IMG/VR virus record: IMGVR_UViG_3300046474_000237
Coordinates: 7,469-71,468 of that record
Length of the DNA: 64,000 nucleotides
Direction: 5' to 3' (one strand)
Source: a virus
Taxonomy: Duplodnaviria > Heunggongvirae > Uroviricota > Caudoviricetes
Shown: piece after piece, positions 53,461 to 62,359 of the stretch
Layout: each line of letters starts with the position of its first letter
Numbering within the stretch: position 1 is the stretch's first letter
Position numbers and translations under genes: made by a program
Notes under the pieces: model-generated
Database searches by the model: none
What the model was told of the DNA's origin: nothing
What the model saw: only the letters and a program-made list of their open reading frames with translations

Positions 53461-53706
53461 ATGACTGCAGATCAAGTGTTTGGATGGTATCTTTGGTGTA
53501 TTCCTTTTATTCTGATTATTTCTCTAGTAGTGATTGGATACCGTGGGAAAGACTATGACGAAATTATTAGGAAGGCGGATTACCTATTTGCTATAGTGGT
53601 GGCCTTATGGTGGCCTGCTGTATTGTTAGTGATAGCTGTTTGTTTTATTTCCAGCTTACCACTTAAATTTGGTGTTTATCTAAGTAAAAAAGAGAGAAGT
53701 AAATGA
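53461..53706 (+). CDS. small membrane protein (two TM helices)
   Basis: Hydrophobic segments. Confidence 0.4.
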   Translation: MTADQVFGWYLWCIPFILIISLVVIGYRGKDYDEIIRKADYLFAIVVALWWPAVLLVIAVCFISSLPLKFGVYLSKKERSK

Positions 53707-53915
53707 CATTTCTAATTTGGCTGGCAGGAACAGTTTTATTTGCAAGTTGCTTGGCTGCGTGGATGGGGTACATGGACGGCAAGGGGAAACCAATAAGCCT
53801 CAGCGGTGGTGAAATCGTATTGATGTTCTTGCTGTGTTTCATCTGGTACATTTCTGTACCTATTTTCTTAGCCTACCATATCGTAGAGCGAATCACTAGA
53901 CCGCGTAAGAAGTGA
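53703..53915 (+). CDS. small membrane protein (two TM helices)
   Basis: ATGA overlap. Confidence 0.4.
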   Translation: MTFLIWLAGTVLFASCLAAWMGYMDGKGKPISLSGGEIVLMFLLCFIWYISVPIFLAYHIVERITRPRKK

Positions 53916-54070
53916 AAACAGAGAAGCAACTACTCCAAGACGCCTTTGCAAAGCTAGGCTCACAGATAATATCAGACCTTGGAAGCCTACCTAAGTCCTT
54001 GCGTAAAAAAGCGCATAAGGCTAGAATTCAGGCTCTTCAAAATAATCAATTCAGGAAAGGTAAAAAATGA
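53912..54070 (+). CDS. small basic protein (52 aa)
   Basis: GTGA and ATGA overlaps. Below the ORF-track cutoff. Confidence 0.3.
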   Translation: MKTEKQLLQDAFAKLGSQIISDLGSLPKSLRKKAHKARIQALQNNQFRKGKK

Positions 54071-54390
54071 GTACACAAGATTTTGACAAGATTGAACCCA
54101 CGCTAGTAGAAGACTCAAAGAAAATAGTAGAGCTTCTCAATAGCCCGGCTCCTAAAACCAAATACAAGAGTTTCATCTATCGCCCTAACCACGATGGGGC
54201 AAAGCTTTCGATGGGAGTTCACTCAGCTCCGGCGACAGTTCCATTTCCTAAATCGACTTTCGAAGGCGTAGATTTCTATCGCGTCGAAGGTAAACTGTGG
54301 CAACTCAGTAATGTAGGTTCTGACGATCTCGGTATCTTCGTTGAGTTTTATCGTGTAGAAGGTGAGTTCAAGGGGTACACATATGGCTAA
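54067..54390 (+). CDS. hypothetical protein
   Basis: 107-aa ORF. Confidence 0.45.
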   Translation: MSTQDFDKIEPTLVEDSKKIVELLNSPAPKTKYKSFIYRPNHDGAKLSMGVHSAPATVPFPKSTFEGVDFYRVEGKLWQLSNVGSDDLGIFVEFYRVEGEFKGYTYG

Positions 54391-54820
54391 ATCTAATGAA
54401 ACACTGTACGCACACCTACAACAGGTGCGGACTGAAGCTCTTAAACTGAAGGATTCTTTTTCGTTTACTAAGCTTGGCACCGTACTTGGTGAAGCCAAGC
54501 AATTGGCTACTAAGAAAGAGAACCGTGATCCTACCGATGAAGAAGTTATCGGCATTGTCAAGAAGGGTCTTGAAGGTATTGCAGAAATGCTTGAGCATGA
54601 GAAGGATAATCTTAAGCGTGGCACTCTACTTGCTGAACGTCAGCTTCTTCAAACCTTTATGCCTACTCAACTGTCAGAGACTGAAATCAAGGTAATCATT
54701 GAGAATGCTGCGATGGATAGCATTGGTAAGATCATGGCTATCTTCAAAAACAATTTCGCAGGGAAATATGATGGCAAACTCGTCTCTAAACTCGCTGAAG
54801 AGTTCCTTAGCTCAAAGTGA
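54383..54820 (+). CDS. YqeY/GatB C-terminal domain protein
   Basis: LSETEIKVIIENAAMDSIGKIMAIFKNNFAGKYDGKLVSKLAEEFL matches the YqeY/GatB domain signature. RBS aagggg. The six-frame ORF starts at 54362. Confidence 0.55.
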   Translation: MAKSNETLYAHLQQVRTEALKLKDSFSFTKLGTVLGEAKQLATKKENRDPTDEEVIGIVKKGLEGIAEMLEHEKDNLKRGTLLAERQLLQTFMPTQLSETEIKVIIENAAMDSIGKIMAIFKNNFAGKYDGKLVSKLAEEFLSSK

Positions 54821-55529
54821 AGCTCCGGATCTCGATGTAAACAAGGTTCGTTTACTGTTCCTTGATGTGGACGGAGTAATAAATAGTACCAAGACATGGC
54901 TACTAGCGGGATGTAAGTGGCCGTGGCCTTTGTATGACACTGATGGCTGTCAACTGTATTTCGGGGGAGGTCCTCGTAATAAAACGCTTAAAGCTCCGTA
55001 TGTGGAAACACCTGAAGCTATTGATAAGTATGCAGTTGGACTTCTCAACAAACTTCTCATTGCTACTAATGCACACATCGTATTGTCTTCGACTTGGCGT
55101 GAAGGGCTAGACATCTACGATATTCGTAAGATGTTAGGTGCAATGGGCTTTGATGAAAACCGTGTGATCGGTAAGACTGCCAGTACGTTTAACTCTCGTG
55201 GGGAGCAGATCTTCAACTTCATTCAAGCAGTTGGAGAAAAACGTTTCTACAGCGGACCAGACTTCTTGGTTTCAAATGGACGTCTGATCCAGTCACTGAG
55301 TAAAGTTCCAATGAAACTTGACTCTTATGTGATCATCGATGACATAGATGATTTCCTGCAAGATCAAGGTGCTTTTTTCGTTCAGACCAACGAACAAGAA
55401 GGACTTACGCTTGAACAGACTTTGGTTGCAGGAAAGGTTTTGACTAAGAAAGAAGACTTTGAGTTGAATCACCTTATTCATGGTGAGAATTACCAAGGGC
55501 GTATTTTGCATCTCCCTGAAATTCAATAA
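54768..55529 (+). CDS. HAD-superfamily hydrolase
   Basis: LLFLDVDGVINS (DxDGV) and VLSSTWRE. Start uncertain: ATG at 54768 or 54771; the six-frame ORF uses a TTG at 54699. Confidence 0.45.
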   Translation: MMANSSLNSLKSSLAQSEAPDLDVNKVRLLFLDVDGVINSTKTWLLAGCKWPWPLYDTDGCQLYFGGGPRNKTLKAPYVETPEAIDKYAVGLLNKLLIATNAHIVLSSTWREGLDIYDIRKMLGAMGFDENRVIGKTASTFNSRGEQIFNFIQAVGEKRFYSGPDFLVSNGRLIQSLSKVPMKLDSYVIIDDIDDFLQDQGAFFVQTNEQEGLTLEQTLVAGKVLTKKEDFELNHLIHGENYQGRILHLPEIQ

Positions 55530-55541
55530 TTTTGTAGTTGT

Positions 55542-55551
55542 TGGTATAAGC
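55542..55551 (+). promoter_or_regulatory. phage promoter motif TTGGTATAAG
   Basis: Followed by box ctaattgtgaagg and hairpin gccacat/atgtggc. Confidence 0.5.
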
Positions 55552-55626
55552 TAATTGTGAAGGACATTCATAGCCACATCGAGTGTTCTTCATTTCCTTT
55601 TTATGTGGCTTTGTTTTAGGTTCAAG

Positions 55627-55890
55627 ATGTCAGCACTTAATATTCAAACAGCAGCACGTAACGTAGTTCGTAACACCGTCAACCTCCGTCTTGAAAGCGA
55701 TGTGACGATCAGTGATATGGCAGCTGCAACTAAGCTCTCAGAAAGCACTATCCGTCGCATCGAAAAGTTCAGCCGCCTTGGTGCACTGGCTGGTAACTAT
55801 CGTCCGCAACTCTCGACGCTGGTCAAGCTGGCTAACGCAGCAGAAGTTACGCCGCAAGACTTCATTACGCAAGAACTTACCGTAGCGTAA
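55627..55890 (+). CDS. HTH-type transcriptional regulator (XRE-like)
   Basis: ISDMAAATKLSESTIRRIEKF helix-turn-helix. Confidence 0.45.
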   Translation: MSALNIQTAARNVVRNTVNLRLESDVTISDMAAATKLSESTIRRIEKFSRLGALAGNYRPQLSTLVKLANAAEVTPQDFITQELTVA

Positions 55891-55984
55891 GAAAAAGAAT
55901 AAATCGCTTCTAGCAATATTCGTGGGGCGTGAACGCCACGCTCCTTTCTGTTTTTTATCTCGGGAACAACAGAGGGCGATTCAA

Positions 55985-56155
55985 ATGTTTAATGAAATCA
56001 TTAGCGTTGTAGAGTACAACGAAGGCTTCGCTCTAATCGAAGACAATCAGGGTAAGTACCTGGTGACAAAAGAAAGTCCCGAAATCACAGAACTAGAATT
56101 TCCTCGGTGTTGGTTGACCGATGCGAATCGTGATAGACTTTCAATGTTGACTTAA
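55985..56155 (+). CDS. hypothetical protein
   Basis: Start uncertain (55922 or 55985). Confidence 0.35.
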   Translation: MFNEIISVVEYNEGFALIEDNQGKYLVTKESPEITELEFPRCWLTDANRDRLSMLT

Positions 56156-56771
56156 GCTTTGCGTGGTGGCGAGTAGAGCGTTTCTCCTTCCCTGGACTAA
56201 GCAACCCGGGGTTCTCTGCAGAATTGCTTAACCCCTTCTGGGGCATGATGAAGTATAATGTAACGACAACGTTACTAGAAGTAATGAAACATTCTTCGAA
56301 GTTGTCTTCGCCTACGGCGAACCCCAGGGACCGAGATGCTCTGGGGTACGACATCCCAGCTCGAACTTATACTTAACTATATTGAAGAGCTGCAGGTCTC
56401 GTGACATCAATACCGCATGAGTTCATCATGAACACGGCCTTCGGGTCGCACAGAGTTTGAAGTATCAAACTGGTTTAAAATTTGCCGCCTAGGTTGATAG
56501 CCAGGGAGGGTAATCAAGGCCAGAGAGTATCTGAAACAGTGCTCTACGTTGCTCTTGCCAAAAGCAAAAGCAAAATCTTTACCCAGCTGGGGCTGGGTAA
56601 AACTAATTCTGAGCTTAGATGTTACCGACGGGTCTCATCCTAACTTAGGTTAATTAGTATTAACCAGGTTGGTTCTGCACAGAATGTGTTCAAGCTACGA
56701 GAGCCGCCGAACTGGATTATCGGCCAAAAATCTTCCAGTTCAATATTCGCTTTCAATAATTTAGAAGTTAA

Positions 56772-56780
56772 TGGTATAAT
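56772..56780 (+). promoter_or_regulatory. promoter -10 TGGTATAAT upstream of the tRNA-like repeat array
   Basis: Variant of the conserved motif, 10 nt before the first repeat unit. Confidence 0.45.
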
Positions 56781-56789
56781 AGATTTAGT

Positions 56790-57610
56790 GAGCCGTTCTT
56801 ATGTTGGGTTATCAATTGGTGATTACTCCCCGGCATTACTCTTTTGCTCACTCACGCTTTAATCCTCGTATTGATTCTAAAGAGTCAGTACCTGATTTAA
56901 AGTTTATGGACCGATAGAATGGGTTATCTAACTCCAAGACGCAAATACAGGTTCGAGTCCTGTACTCCGCTTCTGTTGCGGAGTTCATCTAATTGGCAGG
57001 ATGGCGACTCCTGATTCCATTCGATTACTTGTCCATCCCTCTTTCACGGGCCGTTAGAATATCGATTATCTATCTTACAGGCAAACTCGATATTCACTTC
57101 TTTGCCCGTTTCAAGTTTCAAACGAACCGAACGTACTAAGGGTTATCTACTTCGACTAGTTAGAACGAAAGCATTACGTAGTTTCTGGAAACAGAATAGT
57201 GCCTGAGTCTAATACTGCTATACTCTGCTTGAGCTAAAGCTATTGTGGGATGAACTCCCATATCTCCCTTGTCAATCACTTGTTCGTTTTTTCAGTTTGT
57301 GAGCCGTTTAGAATTGGGTTATCCTTTTAAGATACTCCCCCAGTTCATTTCTTTTGCTCACTTCAATTTTACGGACCGTTAGTATTAGGTTATCTACTTT
57401 TGGGAAGTCGGGACGTTGGTTCGAATCCAACTGCAGCCTTGAGGGTTGTATAGCTTAGTGGATAGAGCACGTAACATTTCCTAGTACGCCTTTTGTCCGT
57501 TTCAGTTTTAAATACAGAGCCGCTTTAATTAGATTATCTTCTCCTATATCGAAGGACTGCCCAGAGGGGGCTCTCGAAAGAGACGGGTTCGACTCCCAGT
57601 CTAAACATCT
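56790..57610 (+). ncRNA. array of seven tRNA-like repeat units (candidate Y-RNA-like ncRNAs) upstream of rsr
   Basis: Units start at 56790, 56908, 57048, 57123, 57301, 57373 and 57517, each with a box like GRRCCGTTAGAATnGGTTATCT. Units 1-3 are pairwise homologous to units 5-7, suggesting a block duplication. Units 2 and 6 carry a T-arm (ggttcgagtcc / ggttcgaatcc) followed by a hairpin and a D-arm-like agcttagtggatagagc, without a complete cloverleaf. Confidence 0.45.
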
Positions 57611-58011
57611 AGTTATACCTTTGTTCTGTTTCCCATGACCTTTCGTATTTTGCTTTGAAGTTTGAAAGTAACCATAGAGTAACTCTGTGGGTTTATCTTT
57701 CTCCGACGTACGTTGCGTACTACAAGGTTCCGCTGCGCTACACCATGTACTACTCCACTCCCTTCGGAGATCTGGCCAGGAGACATCCCAGCCATGAGGT
57801 CAGGTCATGACCGCAGTACTCGCATTAGACTTACGTATCAAAGCAGTTTAGATTGCTGGCTTAGAGTAACTCTAAGTTATAGCTTTCCGCCCAGTGTCGG
57901 CTTCGCCTCTACTGGAGCGGAGATGATGAAGGAGGATCTGCTTCACCAGGGCCCTGGGTAACCAGGATCCCAGTTCACCTCCAACATCGCATGTGGTAAG
58001 TTAGCAGTACA

Positions 58012-58051
58012 CGAAGGCCTGTTTCCAACCCGGATTCAGGCCTTCTTTTTT
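58012..58051 (+). terminator. rho-independent terminator
   Basis: gaaggcctg...caggccttc followed by ttttttt. Confidence 0.6.
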
Positions 58052-58093
58052 TAGTGTTTTAAAACTTTGTTCCCAATCCAAAAGGAGCCTCAA

Positions 58094-59725
58094 ATGTCTT
58101 TCAATACCCTCGCAAAGAATACGAATACCCGAGTAGCAGCACGTACCACACCGCAGAACAAGCCTGCTGGCAATGCACCTGTAGCACAGGTTAAGAACAA
58201 CGCTGGTGGCTTTGTGTTTGAGATCTCTGGCATTCAAAAGCTGGATCGATTCCTCATCATCGGCACGAGCGGCGGTACGTTCTATGCTAACGAAAAGGAT
58301 CTCACGAAGCAGAACACTGACGAGATCGTGGCTCTGATCAAGGCTAACGGCAAGGTTGTGGTTGACCGTGTGGTTGAGATCAGCCAAGCCGGTCGTGCCA
58401 AGAACAATGACTATGCGCTTCTGGTCATGGCTCTGGTCTTCACCCACGGCGATGTTGCAACCAAGATGTATGCAAAGGATAAGTTGAACCTCGTGGCTCG
58501 TACTGGCACGCACTTCATGCACTTCGTTGCATTCTCAAATGGGATGCGAGGTTGGGGCCGTTCGCTTAAGAGCGTAGTTCAGAACTGGTATTCCTCGAAG
58601 GATACCGATAAGCTGGCATTCCAGATCGTGAAGTACAAGCAACGTGACGGCTGGTCCCACAAGGACATCATGCGTCTGGCTCACGTTAAGCCTGGTACTG
58701 ATCCGGTTCGTCAGAACCTGTACAAGTTCATCAACAAGGGTTCAGAGTCGCTGACGCAAGGTGACCTCGTGCCTCAACTTCTGATTGCTGCAGAGCAAGC
58801 CAAGACTGCAGATACGAAGACGTTGATCAAGCTGATCCAGGATTTCAAGCTCACGCACGAAATGATCCCGAATGAGCAAAAGAATGACCCGAAGGTTTGG
58901 GAAGCTCTCGTGCCTCACATGGGTCTGGGTGCGCTGGTTCGTAACCTGAACAAGCTCACGGCAGTTGGTCTGATCAAGCCTTTCTCGGAAACGAGCAAGA
59001 TTGTCAGTGTCAAGCTTCATGACGTAGAAGCAATTCGTCGTGAACGCCTACATCCTATGTCCATTATCGTAGCCCAAAAGGTTTACGCAAAGGGTCAGGG
59101 GGATAAGGGTTCGCTTGTATGGTCACCTGCACGCAACATCGTGTCGGATCTGGAAGATGCGTTCTATGTTTCGTTTGAAGCAGTAGAACCGTCCGGTAAG
59201 AACATTCTTCTTGCTCTGGACGTATCTGGTTCGATGAGCTGTGCAATCCCCGGAGCGCCACTGTTGAGCTGTGCTGAAGGCACTGCAATCATGGCAATGG
59301 TCACAGCTCGTACTGAGCCTTGGACCGAAATCCGTGGTTTCACGAGCGGTAGGAATGGCTTCAAGGATCTGGGTATCACGAAGAACGATACCTTGGCTAC
59401 AGCTTGCAGCAAGGTCCGCGACAATAACTTCGGTGGAACGAACTGTGCACTGCCGTTCGAGTATGCGCTTCAAAACAAGTGGGACGTGGATGCTGTCTGT
59501 GTTTACACGGATAATGAAACGTGGTCTGGTGGCCAACACGTGTTCCAAGCAGCACGCAAGTACCGTCAAGGTATGAACAAGCCTGAAGCTAAGCTTATCA
59601 CTGTTGGTATGGCAGTGAACAACTTCAGCATTGCTGACCCGACTGACCGCAATATGCTGGACGTGGTTGGTTTCGATACGGCAACTCCGAGGTTCATTTC
59701 GGAATTTGTGGCTGGCAACCTGTAA
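58094..59725 (+). CDS. rsr: Ro60/Rsr orthologue (TROVE domain plus vWA domain)
   Basis: LDRFLIIGTSGGTFYA and VARTGTHFMHFVAFSNGMRGWGRSLKSVVQNWY closely parallel the Ro60 TROVE motifs. C-terminal vWA MIDAS motif LALDVSGSMS. RBS aaaggag. The six-frame ORF starts at 58067. Confidence 0.8.
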   Translation: MSFNTLAKNTNTRVAARTTPQNKPAGNAPVAQVKNNAGGFVFEISGIQKLDRFLIIGTSGGTFYANEKDLTKQNTDEIVALIKANGKVVVDRVVEISQAGRAKNNDYALLVMALVFTHGDVATKMYAKDKLNLVARTGTHFMHFVAFSNGMRGWGRSLKSVVQNWYSSKDTDKLAFQIVKYKQRDGWSHKDIMRLAHVKPGTDPVRQNLYKFINKGSESLTQGDLVPQLLIAAEQAKTADTKTLIKLIQDFKLTHEMIPNEQKNDPKVWEALVPHMGLGALVRNLNKLTAVGLIKPFSETSKIVSVKLHDVEAIRRERLHPMSIIVAQKVYAKGQGDKGSLVWSPARNIVSDLEDAFYVSFEAVEPSGKNILLALDVSGSMSCAIPGAPLLSCAEGTAIMAMVTARTEPWTEIRGFTSGRNGFKDLGITKNDTLATACSKVRDNNFGGTNCALPFEYALQNKWDVDAVCVYTDNETWSGGQHVFQAARKYRQGMNKPEAKLITVGMAVNNFSIADPTDRNMLDVVGFDTATPRFISEFVAGNL

Positions 59726-59748
59726 GTTGTAAGGTTGTAGTAAGTAAG

Positions 59749-59775
59749 AGCCGGGTTTCGATCCGGCTTTTTTTA
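59749..59775 (+). terminator. rho-independent terminator
   Basis: agccggg tttcgat ccggct followed by ttttttt. Confidence 0.65.
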
Positions 59776-59784
59776 GCTTCTGGA

Positions 59785-60346
59785 GAAAAAACTGGACACA
59801 TGTCCAAAAAACTGGACAAGTCCGTTTTTTACTTTTCCTTTTAAATCAAGGACTTACAGAGGGTGTGTCCAGTGTGTCCAATTTCTCTAAAAAAAACTGG
59901 ACAGCTGAAACCATTGCTGCATAAGGCTTAGAGCCAGATTGTCCAGTTTTTTTGCCTTTTTTCCAAAAACCATACCTCACTTTCTTTTTGACTAAATAAA
60001 AAACAAAAAAGGAAAAACATAGGGTTCACCCTAACAGTCCAGGAATATGGGGGTACTATATATATATTTATATTTGAACTTTTAAAAAAATATATTTATA
60101 TATAAGAGAGTGTTTTCCTTTTTGGTAAGTTTTTTATTTCTAATAGAAAGTGAGGTATGGTTTTTGGAAAAACACGAAAAAAACTGGACAAAATCGCTGT
60201 GAGCCTTATAAACAAAGGCTTAGAGCCTGTCCAGTTTTTTATTTGGAAATTGGACAAACTGGACAGCAATGCTATAACTCATTGTTTTATATATGTTTTC
60301 ACGTTTCATAGAAAACGGACATTTCTGGACATGTGTCCAGTTTCTT
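59785..60346. repeat. iteron-rich ori-like repeat element, copy B
   Basis: About 13 AACTGGACA/TGTCCAGTT iterons. Palindromic arms ccatacctcactt (59971) and aagtgaggtatgg (60149). AT-rich core (60045-60110) nearly identical to copy A. Confidence 0.7.
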
Positions 60347-60354
60347 GTGATTCC

Positions 60355-60364
60355 TTGGTATAAG
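60355..60364 (+). promoter_or_regulatory. phage promoter motif TTGGTATAAG
   Basis: Conserved decamer immediately after repeat copy B. Confidence 0.55.
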
Positions 60365-60388
60365 AGGGACGTACAGTAGGGGTAAACC

Positions 60389-60757
60389 ATGAATAGTAGA
60401 CTGATAGATAAACTTAAAAGGTTGGCCCTTGACTCAGCTCAACCTGAAACTGGTAGGTATCGGATAGCAGCAGCAGTCCTTGATCGCAAGGGTAAAATTT
60501 TAGCCACTGGAACTAACTCATACGTTAAGACCCATCCTCTTCAAGCTGAATACGCTAAGAAGACTGGCAACGGTCATCGTCACTGGCTACATGCTGAGAT
60601 AGCTGCTTTAGTGAAAGTAAAGAATGGACTACCTGCCAAGATAGTAGTCGTGAGGGTTGGCAACGCTGGTGAACTAAGACTGGCTAAGCCCTGCTCCGTA
60701 TGTGAGATGGCTATCAAACAGGCAGGAATTGAATCAATAGAATATACGGTAGGTTAA
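60389..60757 (+). CDS. cytidine/deoxycytidylate deaminase-fold zinc-binding protein
   Basis: HAEIAAL...PCSVCEMAI (H-x-E and PCxxC zinc ligands). Confidence 0.55.
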   Translation: MNSRLIDKLKRLALDSAQPETGRYRIAAAVLDRKGKILATGTNSYVKTHPLQAEYAKKTGNGHRHWLHAEIAALVKVKNGLPAKIVVVRVGNAGELRLAKPCSVCEMAIKQAGIESIEYTVG

Positions 60758-60761
60758 AGAG

Positions 60762-61496
60762 GTGACTAACGAAGAACTATTAGGAAATATACAGGGGTAT
60801 CTATCTGATTATTTCCGCGGAGGAGACGTACGAATAAGAGACGTCATACTTCCAGGCCAAATTTTCGATCACAGCAGAGTTAGAGTATCGTTTAATTACA
60901 TAGGAATATCCGCCCCTGGGGAATATTTCAACATAGAAACAAGTATTGATGCTTATATGATGGAATATGTGACTGGAGATGCAGTCATGCGCGTATGTCG
61001 AGAGATTACTGAAGGGATTAATAGACACAGGAGAGAGTACATGGCACAGTGGAATCAACGTCAAGACCAACGTCTTAGACAACAGGAAGATCAAAGACGT
61101 GTGGCTCGTGGGCAGCAACCGGTAGAGCCTCAGGCAGAATTTCCAACAGCAGATGATCCGTGGGGTGGCACTGCTGCGGTAAATTCTATTTACAACGAAT
61201 ACCTCAGAGCTAGGGATGTTCACTTAAACAGGTTTCAGACTACTCCACTTACTACATCTGCTTCGCCTAATTGGTATAGCATATCTACTAATTCCACTCA
61301 GGCCCAATTTCAAGAACCTGTTCGAACTCACTCTTTTACAGAAGATCAGTTAAAGGCAATGCTTAAAAGCATGCTTAAGGACAATCTCGATCTCCGCATT
61401 AGCATGACGGAATCAGATGGAGAAGTCAGTGTTGAAGCAGAGATCTTCTTGGATGGTGAACTTCTAATTTCAGACTCAGACTCTATTCAACTATGA
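60762..61496 (+). CDS. hypothetical protein
   Basis: GTG start with RBS aaagagg. 244 aa. Confidence 0.45.
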   Translation: MTNEELLGNIQGYLSDYFRGGDVRIRDVILPGQIFDHSRVRVSFNYIGISAPGEYFNIETSIDAYMMEYVTGDAVMRVCREITEGINRHRREYMAQWNQRQDQRLRQQEDQRRVARGQQPVEPQAEFPTADDPWGGTAAVNSIYNEYLRARDVHLNRFQTTPLTTSASPNWYSISTNSTQAQFQEPVRTHSFTEDQLKAMLKSMLKDNLDLRISMTESDGEVSVEAEIFLDGELLISDSDSIQL

Positions 61497-62359
61497 AAAC
61501 AGTTATTCTTTACCATTCTTCCTGCATGGATGGAACTGGTGCACGCTACGCTGCGTGGAAGAAGTTTGGTGATAATGCAGAGTATTTCGCATGTCAGTAT
61601 GGTCAATCTCTTCCAGAGTTTAAAAAGGGTCCTGACATTCAAGTCTTCCTTTTAGATTTCAGCTTGCCAACCAAGACTGAATTAGAGGCTCTAGGAGAGG
61701 CTTGTGGAAGAGTTGTGGTACTCGACCACCATGCGACTGCACGAGAGGCACTGGAGGGCTGTAAAGGCGTAGAAACAGTATTTGACATGAACAGGTCAGG
61801 TGCAGTTATCGCCTGGGAGTACTTCCACCCCGAATCTGAGACCCCGATGCTTCTGGAATATGTTCAAGACCGAGACCTGTGGAAATTCGATATGGTCTTC
61901 AGTAAGGCTGTCCATTCAGGGCTTGGACTTCTCAAGGGCCGTATGGAAGCTTGGAATAACTATGCTGAGAACGAGGATGAGATAAACAAACTCATCGACA
62001 TCGGCAATACCTTGCTCCAGCAACAGAAGCAGATCGTTGAAGCAGCAGTGCCTAAGACTGTCAAGGTCGTACGCTTTAACAAGTACAACGCAGGCATTCT
62101 CAACACAGGTGAGTTCGTATCCGAAAAAGGTGCTGCAATCTGTGAGGATAAAACGCTTAACGTTGATCTTGCAATCATGTGGTTTGTGACCAAAGACAAT
62201 CAAGTAATCTTGTCAATGCGTTCACATAAAGACAGTGGCGTTAACGTAGCTGAACTGTGTAAAGCATTTGGAGGCGGGGGGCATCCTAACGCTGCTGGTT
62301 GTAGAGTTGATTTCAAAACCCTTGAACACATCCTTAACGACGAATGGTGGACTGAATAA
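61493..62359 (+). CDS. DHH/DHHA1 phosphoesterase (NrnA-like nanoRNase/pAp phosphatase)
   Basis: ILYHSSCMDG, VVVLDHH and the C-terminal GGGGHPNAAG (DHHA1 GGGH). Confidence 0.6.
   Translation: MKTVILYHSSCMDGTGARYAAWKKFGDNAEYFACQYGQSLPEFKKGPDIQVFLLDFSLPTKTELEALGEACGRVVVLDHHATAREALEGCKGVETVFDMNRSGAVIAWEYFHPESETPMLLEYVQDRDLWKFDMVFSKAVHSGLGLLKGRMEAWNNYAENEDEINKLIDIGNTLLQQQKQIVEAAVPKTVKVVRFNKYNAGILNTGEFVSEKGAAICEDKTLNVDLAIMWFVTKDNQVILSMRSHKDSGVNVAELCKAFGGGGHPNAAGCRVDFKTLEHILNDEWWTE

Noticed and set aside
59123-59569. Minus-strand ORF antisense to rsr (with 58742-59020 and 58001-58522)
   Set aside because: The Rsr/Ro60 TROVE and vWA motifs validate the + strand. The antisense ORFs are GC-driven artefacts.
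60157-60363. 68-aa ORF inside repeat copy B (and 1149-1402 ORFs inside copy A)
   Set aside because: They lie within the iteron/AT-rich palindromic element. The translations are low-complexity (Phe/Lys/Ile), and the two repeat copies do not conserve a reading frame.
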